From Longimicrobiales bacterium (GTDB lineage Bacteria > Gemmatimonadota > Gemmatimonadetes > Longimicrobiales > Gaopeijiaceae): 64,000 bases of DNA. The DNA lies in the NCBI GenBank assembly GCA_965218295.1, contig CBDCKN010000015.1, positions 32,001-96,000 of the forward strand, read 5' to 3'. The position numbers were made by a program, and so were the translations under genes. Shown one piece after another: positions 1 to 9,762 of the stretch. The notes beneath the pieces were generated by a model. That model was not told the origin of the DNA, did not search any database, and was given only the letters and a program-made list of their open reading frames with translations. The first letter of the stretch is position 1. Each line of letters starts with the position of its first letter.

Positions 1-1
1 G

Positions 2-511
2 CTGGATCAACTCCAAGACCTGGCGGCGGCTCTCAATCACACCGCCCTCGGGGGATTTCTGTCGCTTCCTTATTCCTACTTCGCCATGACCAAGCGGTCC
101 ATCTACCTGAACCGCTACGAGGACGAGTACATCGCGGCCTACGGAGGTGCAGACGTCGTCGACAGGTCGCGCCTCGCCATCAACCCGCAGGGATCGGAGT
201 ACCTGTTCGTCTATCCCATGGCCAAGACGCGGAAGTGGTACAAGCTCCCTTACGAGGATCGCCAGCGTATGATGGACGAACACATCCGTGTCGGCCATCA
301 ATGGCCCGACGTGAAGCTGAACACCAGCTACTCGTACGGGCTGGACGACCAGGAATTCGTGGTCGCCTTCGAGGCGGATCACCCGGGGCGCTTCCTCGAC
401 CTGCTCATGGCCCTACGCCTGACCGAAGCGTCGGCGTACACGCTCTTCGACGTGCCCACATTCACCGGCCTGGCCAGGTCTATGAGGGACACCCTGGATT
501 CCCTGGGATGA
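2..511 (+). CDS. Chlorite dismutase-like / coproheme decarboxylase (ChdC/HemQ family), 5' partial
   Basis: Frame is open from base 2. Motifs YPMAKTRKWYKLP, RMMDEHIRVG, SYGLDDQEFVVAFE fit the Cld/HemQ family. Directly upstream of heme o synthase. Confidence 0.8.
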   Translation: MDQLQDLAAALNHTALGGFLSLPYSYFAMTKRSIYLNRYEDEYIAAYGGADVVDRSRLAINPQGSEYLFVYPMAKTRKWYKLPYEDRQRMMDEHIRVGHQWPDVKLNTSYSYGLDDQEFVVAFEADHPGRFLDLLMALRLTEASAYTLFDVPTFTGLARSMRDTLDSLG

Positions 512-527
512 GACCCCAAAGCTTTCA

Positions 528-1427
528 ATGACCGAGGCGGTCGAGGAGCAGGCAGCAGGGAAAGTTGCGGGCAAGCTCAGAGCTCTCTATGAGCTGACCA
601 AGCCCGGAATCGCCGGATACGTCATGATCACCGCCGGCGTGAGCTACTACGTCGCGGCTCGAGGCCAGGCCGACTTTCTGCCCGTCACTCATACACTGGT
701 AGGAGTGGCCCTCGGGACCGCCGGGGCCCTGGCACTCAACCAGTACGTGGAGCGGGACGTGGACGCGGTCATGACGCGGACTCAGACGCGCCCCCTCCCC
801 TCCGGGCGCCTCCGACCCGGTGAGGCACTGGCGTTCGGCTGGGGGCTATTGGTGGTGGGGCTGGTCTACCTGAGCGTCACCGTCGGCTGGCTCCCGTCCG
901 TTCTCACGGCCGCGGCGGCGGCGGCGTACATCCTGGCGTACACGCCCCTCAAGACGCGCTCGTATCTAGCCACTCTGGTGGGTGCCGTCCCGGGTGCCTT
1001 CCCGGCTCTGATCGGGTGGAGCGCCGCCGTCGGCACCATGGGGTTCGGGGGCGTGGTGCTCTTCTGTATCGCTTTCCTATGGCAGCTCCCCCACGTTTTG
1101 GCTCTCGCCTGGCTCCTTCGCGAGGACTATGCCCGGGTGGGCTTCTTCCTCAGCCCTCCCACCGATCCGGCGGGTGTCCGCATCGGCAAGCATATGGTGT
1201 ACCACTCCGTCTCCCTCCTGCTTATCAGTGCCCTGCCCACCTTCCTGGGGCTGACCGGCAGAATCTATCTGACAGGGGCCATCCTCCTGGGGCTCATCAC
1301 GCTGGCGTTCTCACTGGCAGCCGCAGCCGAGATGTCACGCACACGAGCTCGCAAGGTTTTCCTCTGGTCTCTCATCTATCAGCCGGCCCTTCTGGCGCTG
1401 CTTCTGATCGACACCGTCCGCATCTGA
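528..1427 (+). CDS. cyoE: Protoheme IX farnesyltransferase (heme o synthase)
   Basis: ELTKP, NQYVERDVDAVMTRTQTRPLPSGR, YTPLK, WQLPH and EDY motifs; multiple TM helices. Confidence 0.93.
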   Translation: MTEAVEEQAAGKVAGKLRALYELTKPGIAGYVMITAGVSYYVAARGQADFLPVTHTLVGVALGTAGALALNQYVERDVDAVMTRTQTRPLPSGRLRPGEALAFGWGLLVVGLVYLSVTVGWLPSVLTAAAAAAYILAYTPLKTRSYLATLVGAVPGAFPALIGWSAAVGTMGFGGVVLFCIAFLWQLPHVLALAWLLREDYARVGFFLSPPTDPAGVRIGKHMVYHSVSLLLISALPTFLGLTGRIYLTGAILLGLITLAFSLAAAAEMSRTRARKVFLWSLIYQPALLALLLIDTVRI

Positions 1428-1451
1428 TACCGCCGCATATGGAGCTCCGTC

Positions 1452-2654
1452 ATGATCGTTGATAGAGCAATCGTCGTCACCGCACTTTCCTTTTTCGCTC
1501 TCGCGCCTGACGCCGTGAGCCAGGACGGCGACCGACCCCGCGCCCGAGATCTCGGCATGACGATGGGCGTCTTCTCCCCCGGGCCGCTGAACGCCATCAC
1601 CGACGTGGCAGGCGTCCTGGTAGGCCAGGTCACGGTGACGGAGGGCGACCGGGTCAACACCGGGGTGACGGCCATTCGACCCCACGGGGGCAGCCTGTAT
1701 CACGATCGCGTTCCTGCCGCCATGTATGTCGGCAACGGCTTCGGGAAGCTCCTGGGAGTAACCCAGGTCCGGGAGCTGGGTGAGCTGGAGACGCCCATCC
1801 TCCTCACCTGCACGCTCTGTGTATGGAAGGCCGCCGACGCCATGGTGGAGTGGGCGCTCGAGCAGCCTGGCATGGAGCGCGTACGGTCGCTGAACGCCGT
1901 GGTGGGCGAGACCAACGACGGGGGGCTGAACGACATCCGGAACCGTCCCATCACCCCGGCCCACGTTCGGGAGGCCATCGAGTCCGCCAGCGGTGGTCCC
2001 GTGGAAGAGGGGTCGGTAGGCGCCGGACGGGGCACGCGGGCGTTCGGATGGAAGGGGGGAATCGGAACGAGTAGCCGACTCCTTCCCGAGAGCTTGGGCG
2101 GCTTCACTGTGGGAGTGCTGGTCCAGTCTAACTTCGGTGGGATCCTCACCATGGCCGGCGCTCCGGTGGGACAGGAGCTGAGACGCTATTCCTTCCGCGG
2201 AGCCGTCGAGGGTGGCGTACAGGATCAGGGGTCCGAAGCCGATGATGCCGGAGGATGGAGCGATACCGACCAGGGTCAGGGGTCCATCATGATGGTAGTG
2301 GCCACCGACGCTCCCTTGTCTCCCCTCAAGCTCGAGCGCCTGGCCAAGCGAGCGATCATGGGCCTGGCCCGCACCGGCTCGTTCGCCGGAAACGGATCGG
2401 GCGACTACGTCATCGCGTTCTCGACGGCCGAAGGGGTGAGGCGCGAGCGCGGCGAGGAGTGGACGGAGTCCGTCGAAGTGCCGAACGACCGGATCTCGGC
2501 CCTGTTCGAGGGGGCCGCCGAGGCCACCCAGGAAGCGATCTACAACTCGCTGTTGAAGGCGACCACGGTCTCGGGCATGGGCCGCACCGCGGACGCCATC
2601 GATGTCGATGAGGTGGTGCGGGTCCTCAGGGAGTACAACGTCATCCGTCCCTGA
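1452..2654 (+). CDS. P1 family peptidase (DmpA-like aminopeptidase), signal peptide
   Basis: N-terminal signal; GPLNAITDVAGV, VVGETNDG, EGSVGAG, KGGIGTSSR, GSIMMVVATDAP, GSGD motifs. Confidence 0.9.
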   Translation: MIVDRAIVVTALSFFALAPDAVSQDGDRPRARDLGMTMGVFSPGPLNAITDVAGVLVGQVTVTEGDRVNTGVTAIRPHGGSLYHDRVPAAMYVGNGFGKLLGVTQVRELGELETPILLTCTLCVWKAADAMVEWALEQPGMERVRSLNAVVGETNDGGLNDIRNRPITPAHVREAIESASGGPVEEGSVGAGRGTRAFGWKGGIGTSSRLLPESLGGFTVGVLVQSNFGGILTMAGAPVGQELRRYSFRGAVEGGVQDQGSEADDAGGWSDTDQGQGSIMMVVATDAPLSPLKLERLAKRAIMGLARTGSFAGNGSGDYVIAFSTAEGVRRERGEEWTESVEVPNDRISALFEGAAEATQEAIYNSLLKATTVSGMGRTADAIDVDEVVRVLREYNVIRP

Positions 2655-2665
2655 GGGTGCTCCAG

Positions 2666-4270
2666 TCAGTCGCCCAAGAACACGGCCCGGGCGTCGGAGA
2701 TCTCGTCCTCTTCGCGCAGGGCCGCGAGGACCCTCGATCCCACTTTGCCGTCCACGGTGATCGCGGCCAGGGCCTCACCACCCTCGCTCTGACGGGCCTG
2801 CAGGTACTCCGCGATGTTCAGACCGTGGGTCCCCAGCAGCGTGCCGACCTTCCCGATGACGCCGGGAACGTCTTTGTTCCGGAGCACCACCAGGCATCCC
2901 TCTGGCTTTACGCTCAACCCGAACTCGTCTATCTGGACGATGCGCGGATGTAGCTGCTCACCGAGGAGAGCTCCACAGACGCGGACCTTCTGCTGCTCGG
3001 TCTCCAGCACGACCTCCAAGAACTCCGAGTATTCCTGACGCTCGCCCAGGAGCCTCGTTCCGGTCGCGATGTTCCTCGCCTCCGCCAGGTGCAGGGCGTT
3101 CACGTAGTTGACGTTGCGCCTCCCCACGACCGGTGTGAGCATGCCCGTCATCACGGCGGCGGATAGCGGATGGAGAATCTCGTCCGTCTCTGCCGCCAGA
3201 CCGATGTCGACGCGACGCATCCCCCCCCATCCCAGCACGGCGGCCACCCGCCCGATCTTCCGGGCGAGCTCGAGAAGGGGCCTGAGCACTTTGAGCTCAG
3301 CCCCCCCGATGGCCGGCGCATTGAGGGCCCGGGAGAGATCGCCCTCGAGGAGCGCCGCGCGCACGCCTTCGGCGATCTCGGAGGCGACCAGCTCCTGGGC
3401 CTCTGCCGTGGAGGCACCGAGGTGGGGCGTGAGAACCAGGTTGGGGGCACCCCGCAACGGGCTGTCTTCGGGCAGGGGCTCCGTGTCGTAGACGTCGAGG
3501 GCCGCCCCGGCGATCTCTCCGGCCTCCAGGGCCGCAACCAGGGCGTCCTCGTCCACCACACTTCCCCGGGCCGCATTGATCAGAATGGCCGAGGGCTTCA
3601 TGGACTGCAGCTCTTTCCGGCCGATCATGCCCTCGGTTATGGGCGTAAGAGGCACGTGCAGGGAGACCACGTCCCCCTGTGCCAGGGTGTCGGCCAGCTC
3701 GACGCGCTCCACCTCCAGCTCGTTGGCCCGCTCCTCCGTGAGGTAGGGGTCGCTGGCGATGGTCCGCATGCCGAACGCCTGGGCCCGATGGGCCACCTCG
3801 GCCCCGATGCGACCCGCGCCCACGAGCGACAGGGTCTTGCCACGAAGCTCCATCCCGGCGAAGCGGGAGCGGGCCCACTCACCGCTCCTCACCGAGTTGT
3901 CGGCCGACGACACCTTCCGCGCCACCGCCAGCATTAGCGCCATGACCAGCTCGGCGGCGGACACGGTGTTGCCCTCCGGAGCGTTGATCACCGGAATGCC
4001 GTGCTCCGTAGCCACCTCGAGGTCGATGTTGTCCACGCCGACCCCGGCACGGCCCACCACCCGAAGGTTCGGTGAGATCTCCAGGAGCTCACGGGTGACC
4101 TTGGTTGCGCTCCGCACGATGAGGCCGTGTGCCCTGGTCATGGCCTCGTACAGCCGCTCGGTGTCCCACCCGTTGGCCATCAGGACCTCGAAACGAGGAT
4201 CTCCCGTCAGGGGCTCGAGGCCCGAGGCGGAAATCTTGTCCGCCACGACAACCACGAACTTCTCGCTCAT
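2666..4270 (-). CDS. serA: D-3-phosphoglycerate dehydrogenase with C-terminal ACT domain
   Basis: RSATKV, GRAGVGVDNID, GAGRIG, TPHLGAST, DVPGVIGKVGTLLG. ATG at 4270 overlaps the upstream stop. Confidence 0.93.
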   Translation of the reverse strand: MSEKFVVVVADKISASGLEPLTGDPRFEVLMANGWDTERLYEAMTRAHGLIVRSATKVTRELLEISPNLRVVGRAGVGVDNIDLEVATEHGIPVINAPEGNTVSAAELVMALMLAVARKVSSADNSVRSGEWARSRFAGMELRGKTLSLVGAGRIGAEVAHRAQAFGMRTIASDPYLTEERANELEVERVELADTLAQGDVVSLHVPLTPITEGMIGRKELQSMKPSAILINAARGSVVDEDALVAALEAGEIAGAALDVYDTEPLPEDSPLRGAPNLVLTPHLGASTAEAQELVASEIAEGVRAALLEGDLSRALNAPAIGGAELKVLRPLLELARKIGRVAAVLGWGGMRRVDIGLAAETDEILHPLSAAVMTGMLTPVVGRRNVNYVNALHLAEARNIATGTRLLGERQEYSEFLEVVLETEQQKVRVCGALLGEQLHPRIVQIDEFGLSVKPEGCLVVLRNKDVPGVIGKVGTLLGTHGLNIAEYLQARQSEGGEALAAITVDGKVGSRVLAALREEDEISDARAVFLGD

Positions 4271-5394
4271 GTGAGAACCTCCTCCAGCGCCTCCAAGACG
4301 ACCTCGAGCTCCGCCAGCGTGTGATCGCCCATGTGTCCGATCCTGAAGGTGGTGCCCTTCAGCTTGCCGTATCCCCCTCCGATCACGAAGCCCCGCTCCT
4401 TCATGGCGGAGACCACCGAGGGTCCCTCCACTCCGTCGGGCAGCACCACGCACGTCACCGTCGACGATCGCTCACCCTCGGCCGCCAGGATGGAAAGACC
4501 CACCCCGTGCTCGTCTCGCATGGAGTCCACCCACTGCCCACAGCGCTCCGCCATCGTACGGTGGCGGGCCCACCGACTTACCATCCCTTCGGACTCGATA
4601 CGACGGAGCTGCATCGCCAACGCGTATAAGAGCGACACAGCCGGCGTGTTCGGCGTGTGGAGGTTGTCGAGCTGCTTCGCGAAAATCTCCAGATCGAAGT
4701 AGACGCCCTTCCGCGGGGCTTCAGCGGACCGGGCCATGAGCCGCTCCGATGCCACGCCGAAAGCGAGCCCCGGCGGCAGAGCCAGCGCCTTCTGGGATCC
4801 CGTCAACACGAAGTCCAGCTCCCACTCGTCCGTTTGGACCTCCACCCCTCCCACACCCGTCACCGAGTCCACGAGGAGCACCACGTCGTCGCCTTCGCGA
4901 ACGGCCTCCGAGATCTCGGCAAGGGGGTTCAGAGCACCGGTAGAGGTCTCCGAGTGGACGACCGTCACCGCGTCGAAGCCGCCCTCTGCCAGTCGTACCC
5001 GGACCGAATCGGGAGAGACGGTCTGGCCCCACTCCACCTCCAGCGTATCGACCTCGAACCCGCACGCTCTGGCGATGTCGGCGAAGCGCTTGCTGAACGC
5101 CCCGTTGACCAGGCTCAGCACACGTGACCGCACCCCGTTTCGTGCGGCAGCCTCCATGAGACCGGTGGCTGAAGAGGTGGACACCAAAACAGGTTTCGTC
5201 GTGCGGAAGACCTTCTTGAGGGCGGTCTGCAGCTCGCCCATCAGCTCCCTGAAGGCCGGGCCCCTGTGGCCGATGATGGCTTGCACCTGGGCGCGGAGCA
5301 CTTCGGGGTGGACTTCGGTAGGGCCGGGAAGGAAGAACCGGCCGAAAGGTGGCACGTCCTCGGAAGACGACGGCTCCACTTCGTATCTCCTCAC
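4267..5394 (-). CDS. Class V PLP aminotransferase (alanine-glyoxylate/serine-pyruvate type)
   Basis: PGPT, HSETSTG, VDSVT, GSQKALALPPG, FRIGHMG motifs; coupled to serA. Confidence 0.9.
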   Translation of the reverse strand: MRRYEVEPSSSEDVPPFGRFFLPGPTEVHPEVLRAQVQAIIGHRGPAFRELMGELQTALKKVFRTTKPVLVSTSSATGLMEAAARNGVRSRVLSLVNGAFSKRFADIARACGFEVDTLEVEWGQTVSPDSVRVRLAEGGFDAVTVVHSETSTGALNPLAEISEAVREGDDVVLLVDSVTGVGGVEVQTDEWELDFVLTGSQKALALPPGLAFGVASERLMARSAEAPRKGVYFDLEIFAKQLDNLHTPNTPAVSLLYALAMQLRRIESEGMVSRWARHRTMAERCGQWVDSMRDEHGVGLSILAAEGERSSTVTCVVLPDGVEGPSVVSAMKERGFVIGGGYGKLKGTTFRIGHMGDHTLAELEVVLEALEEVLT

Positions 5395-5508
5395 AACGTG
5401 TATCGAGCATGGCGTTGTCGGGCGGGTCGCGGGTCCGGCCCGCAGCCGTCCCGCCGAGTAGGACCGCGCAAGATAACCCGCATGGCGAGACCGGAAAGAC
5501 CCATGGGC

Positions 5509-5964
5509 TCAACGCCAGGATTGCTCCCATCGGGTGTAGTGAACCGTGGTGACCCCGCCACGGGTCAGAACTTCCAGACCCGCAGGATCGCGGTAGGCCT
5601 CCCGGTAGAACACGACGTTCGCCTGGATCATGAGCTTGGCGCAGGCTGCGCAGGGACTGGCGGTCACGAAGGCGACTTTGCCCCGCATGGCGCCCGGGGA
5701 CTTCACCAGGGCGTTCTGCTCGGAATGGATGCAGCCACAGCTCCCGGGCGTCGGGCTGTCGCATCGATTCGGAAATCCCCTGGCGTTCCCATTGTACCCG
5801 ATGGCCACCACGTTCTCGAGGTGCTCATCGGTGATCACGGTCCCGACCTGGAGCCTGGCACAGGTGCTCCGCTTGGCAAGCTCCTCAGCCATGCGCATGT
5901 AGACCTCATACAACGGAGGGCGGGTGACAAACGACTCGTCGACCGGCTCGGTGCCGACGTTCAT
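5509..5964 (-). CDS. dCMP deaminase family protein
   Basis: KRSTC, GYNG, HSEQNA and PCAAC zinc motifs. Confidence 0.88.
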   Translation of the reverse strand: MNVGTEPVDESFVTRPPLYEVYMRMAEELAKRSTCARLQVGTVITDEHLENVVAIGYNGNARGFPNRCDSPTPGSCGCIHSEQNALVKSPGAMRGKVAFVTASPCAACAKLMIQANVVFYREAYRDPAGLEVLTRGGVTTVHYTRWEQSWR

Positions 5965-6014
5965 GGATGGGTATTCTCGGGAACGAGGTCTTTATGAAGA
6001 GTGGGCATCTGCCC

Positions 6015-6539
6015 TCAAGCGGCAGGATCCATCAAGCTGAGAAGCTCTCTGAGCATGGTCCTTCCCTGATCCTTGGCATAATAACGCCGGACGCGCTTAT
6101 AGCGCTCGGCCGAGGGCATGGAGAGACCCTCCTCGACGATCCACTCCTGTAGGGGTCCCGGCCGGGGGCCCCACCAGCCTCGCTCGACGAAGTCCTCGTC
6201 CAACAGCAGCACCACCGGAATGGACCGGCTCTTCCCATCGGTCAGGTGAGCATCCATCAGGTCCGGGTTCTGGTCACGCGAGAGGACTCGAAGGTCGAGA
6301 CCCGGTGCCTCCTCCGCAAGGCGGCCCAGGACCGGGAGCAGGTTCACGGCGTCGCCGCACCAGTCTTCGGAAAGGACCAGGAGATGCCACGTCCCGGGTA
6401 TCCTACGGGCCTCTTCCAGGATCTCCGGTGAGATCGATACCCGCTCGTAGATCCCGTGCCAGAGCTCCTTGTTCTCTTCCACTGACTCCAGGTACTTACG
6501 GAAGTCCGTGGCCGCGAAGTAACGCTCTTTCATATTCAT
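6015..6539 (-). CDS. Thioredoxin family protein (Thioredoxin_9-like)
   Basis: EDWCGDA, RDQNPDLM, SIPV and WGPRP motifs. Confidence 0.85.
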   Translation of the reverse strand: MNMKERYFAATDFRKYLESVEENKELWHGIYERVSISPEILEEARRIPGTWHLLVLSEDWCGDAVNLLPVLGRLAEEAPGLDLRVLSRDQNPDLMDAHLTDGKSRSIPVVLLLDEDFVERGWWGPRPGPLQEWIVEEGLSMPSAERYKRVRRYYAKDQGRTMLRELLSLMDPAA

Positions 6540-6747
6540 TCACTGCCATCCGCAGGTCTCTGCACAATACAGGTCGAGTAGGATGTCACGGCACTATCCC
6601 AACCAGAATCGACGACCCTCATTCCGGGTTCCGATCGGGGCCCACCACCAGCTGCTCACCCCGGATGGATCCTTGCCATGCACGAATTGAAGGGTGCTTC
6701 GGGAGCTTTGGGGAGGGGTCGCAACCCAGGCTCTCCCCTACGACCGG

Positions 6748-8577
6748 TCACGCCCTCTTGCGCACCGCTCTCCTACGGGCGTGCGGGTCCAGGTGCCGCT
6801 TGCGCAGCCGGATGCTGTCCGGTGTGATCTCTATGAGCTCGTCGTCCTCGATGAACTCCAGAGCAAGCTCCAGCGTGACCTCCCGGGGAGGCTCCAACTT
6901 GATGTGCTCGTCCGAGGCTGTCGTACGTATGTTAGTGAGCTTTTTTCCCTTGCAGACATTGACGTCCAGGTCACCGGGGCGCACGTGCTCACCGACGATC
7001 ATGCCGCCGTAGACAGCTTCGCCGGGCCCGACGAACATGGTGGCCCGCTCCTGCAGGTTGAACAGCGCGTAGCCCACCGACGCCCCTTCACGGTCCGCCA
7101 CCAGCACGCCTCGCTTGCGGCTGGCCAGGGAGCCGGCGTGGGGACCGTACTCGAGAAACCGGTGGTGGAGCGTCCCCTCTCCCCGCGTGTCGGTGAGAAA
7201 CTCGGATCGATAGCCGAAAAGACCTCTGGCCGGCACCCGAAAGCGCAGACGAACGGGCCCCCGGTCGGTGGGCTTCATCTCGATCATCTCGGCTCGACGC
7301 GGCCCCATCTTCTCCATGACCGGCCCGATGAACTCCTCGGGGACCTCTATGACCGCCTCCTCGAACGGCTCCATCAGGCCCTCGGGAGCCTGCTTCTCGA
7401 TAACCCGTGGCCGGGACACCTGGAACTCGTAGCCCTCGCGACGCATGGTCTCCATGAGGATGGCCAGGTGAAGCTCGCCCCGACCCGACACGGCGAAGGT
7501 GTCGGGCACGTCGGTCTCCTCCACCCTGAGCGCGACGTTTCGCTCCAGCTCCTTCATGAGGCGATCGCGGACCTGCCGCGTGGTCACGAACTTCCCCACG
7601 CGTCCCGCAAACGGCGAGTTGTTCACCGTGAAGTCGACGGATAGGGTGGGCTCCTCCACGGCGATCCCTTGGAGCCGCTCTCGAGTCTCCGGATCGGTGA
7701 TGGTCGTGCCGATCTCCACTCCCTCCAGTCCCGCCACCGCCACGATCTCACCGGCCATCGCCTCCTCGATCTCGACGCGCTCGAGCCCCTCGAAGCCGTA
7801 GAGCTGGGTGACCCGACCCGGCATCACGTCCTCTGAGGCCACCGGTCCCGGCTCACCGAGCGGGAGGAGCGTCACCGAGTCGCCGACGCGCACGCTGCCC
7901 CGCTCGACCCGACCGATGCCGATGCGCCCCACGTAGCTCGAGTAGTCCAGCGTGGAAACGAGCATCTGCAACGGTCCGTCGGGATCGACGAGGGGCGGGG
8001 GAATGTGCTCGGCGATCGTTTCGAACAGGAGGTTCAGGTCACCACCGGAGCCATGGGGATCCGTGCTCGCCCAGCCGTCGCGGCCCACCGCATAGAGGAA
8101 GGGCGCGTCGAGCTGAGCGTCGGACGCCTCCAGGTTCATGAACAGCTCGAGGACGTCGTCGTGGACCTTCTCGGACCGGGCGTCGGCTCGATCCACCTTG
8201 TTGATGAGGACGATGGGCTGGAGGCCGAGCTCGAGAGCCTTTCTCGTCACGAACCTCGTCTGCGGCATCGGCCCCTCGGCCGCATCGACGAGGAGGAGCA
8301 CTCCGTCGACCATGCGCAAGATCCGCTCTACCTCTCCGCCGAAGTCGGCGTGGCCGGGCGTATCCACGATGTTCACCTTCATGTCGCCCCAGCGCACCGA
8401 CGTGTTCTTGGCGAGGATCGTGATGCCCCGTTCCCGCTCCAAAGGGTTGGAGTCGAGTACGCGCTCCTCCACGACCTGGTTGTCGCGAAATACGCCCGCC
8501 TGGCGAAGCATCTGATCGACCAACATGGTCTTGCCGTGATCCACATGGGCGATGATGGCGATGTTCCTGATGTTCAT
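6748..8577 (-). CDS. typA: Translational GTPase TypA/BipA
   Basis: IAIIAHVDHGKT, ERERGITILAK, DTPGHADFGGEVER, NKVD, GRGELHL, EITPDSIRLRK. Confidence 0.96.
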   Translation of the reverse strand: MNIRNIAIIAHVDHGKTMLVDQMLRQAGVFRDNQVVEERVLDSNPLERERGITILAKNTSVRWGDMKVNIVDTPGHADFGGEVERILRMVDGVLLLVDAAEGPMPQTRFVTRKALELGLQPIVLINKVDRADARSEKVHDDVLELFMNLEASDAQLDAPFLYAVGRDGWASTDPHGSGGDLNLLFETIAEHIPPPLVDPDGPLQMLVSTLDYSSYVGRIGIGRVERGSVRVGDSVTLLPLGEPGPVASEDVMPGRVTQLYGFEGLERVEIEEAMAGEIVAVAGLEGVEIGTTITDPETRERLQGIAVEEPTLSVDFTVNNSPFAGRVGKFVTTRQVRDRLMKELERNVALRVEETDVPDTFAVSGRGELHLAILMETMRREGYEFQVSRPRVIEKQAPEGLMEPFEEAVIEVPEEFIGPVMEKMGPRRAEMIEMKPTDRGPVRLRFRVPARGLFGYRSEFLTDTRGEGTLHHRFLEYGPHAGSLASRKRGVLVADREGASVGYALFNLQERATMFVGPGEAVYGGMIVGEHVRPGDLDVNVCKGKKLTNIRTTASDEHIKLEPPREVTLELALEFIEDDELIEITPDSIRLRKRHLDPHARRRAVRKRA

Positions 8578-8737
8578 GGGATGACTCGGGGGGACTCGAT
8601 CTCAGAGCCCCGGGACAAAGGTTGCCGACGCGTCGGAGCCGCCGCCCGAAAGCGGTCGATCGTGAGCCCAAAAAGGTAACGGAAGGGCCCTATCCTCGGG
8701 ACCTGGAGACACGCCCAAAGCGGGCCCCACCGCCCGG

Positions 8738-9714
8738 TCAGTCTCCGAGCACGTGTGAGAAGATCAGGGGAGCCACGATGGAAGCGTCGGACTGGATGTG
8801 GAAGCGCGGCGTCTCGGGGGCCAGCTTGCCCCATGTGATCTTCTCGTTCGGAAGAGCACCGGAGTATCCGCCGTACGATGCCGGAGCATCGGTGATCTGG
8901 GCGAAGTATCCCCAGAAGGGGGTCTCTCGCTTCAGATCCTGGAGGATGCATGGTACCGCGCAGATCGCGAAGTCACCGGCGATGCCTCCTCCGATCTGAA
9001 AGAAGCCCGCCGAAGGTCTCCCCTCGCCCACCCCATTGCTCGCCAGATACCACTCCAGAAGGTGCTGGAACTGCTCCGTCCCCGACTCACGCAGTGATGG
9101 TGGGGGACGACGCCCATCATGACATTGGCCGCGAAAATGTTTCCCGTGGTCGAGTCCTCCCAGCCGGGGGCGTAGACCGGAATCCCCATCTCCATAGCCG
9201 CCAGCACCCACGAGTCCGCCGGGTCGATCTGGTAGCGTTCCTCCAAGGCACCGCCCCGCAGGATCTCGAACAGGAACTCCGATGGGAATCTCCGCTCGTC
9301 GGACTCGCACGCCCTCTTCCACTCCTCGGCAAGACGGCCCTCCACGTGGCGCATGACGTCCTCGGGAATGCACGTGTCGGTCACGCGGTTCATCCCTCTG
9401 CGGTAGAGACCGGCCTCATCCTCCGCACTCAACGCACGCCAGTCCGGGATGATCTCATACTCGTGATGGGCCAGGAGATTGAAGACGTCCTCCTCCAGGT
9501 TGGCGCCCGTACACGAGATGGCGTGAACATTCCCCTCGCGAATCATGCGGGCGAGGCTCACGCCTAGCTCACCGGTGGACATGGCCCCCGCCAACGCCAC
9601 CAACATCCTCCCACCGGCGCCCACATGGGCATCGTACGCCACGGCCGCCGCAAGAGTCTCCCGGGCGTTGAAGTGCCGGTAGTGACGTGTCATGAACTGT
9701 CGGATATGACCCAT
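8738..9714 (-). pseudogene. Deoxyhypusine synthase-like protein, frameshifted near 9088
   Basis: N-part has RHFNA, AGAMST, CTGANLEED, PGWEDST. C-part is in another frame (SGTEQF, FQIGGGIAGDF, YGGYSGALPNEKITWGK, SDASIVAPL). A 1-bp loss at GTG-AG-TCG restores one ORF. Confidence 0.85.
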
Positions 9715-9762
9715 GCGTAATTCTCCGCTACGGCTGCATAAGATTTCCTGGACTCATGTCCG

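Noticed and set aside
2666..4453. 595-aa serA call from the ORF track
   Set aside because: The extension overlaps the aminotransferase; homology begins at ATG 4270.
6619..6679. LysM-like tail (RIHPG/EQLVV) in the typA-thioredoxin gap
   Set aside because: Too short and needs a frameshift; could be chance.
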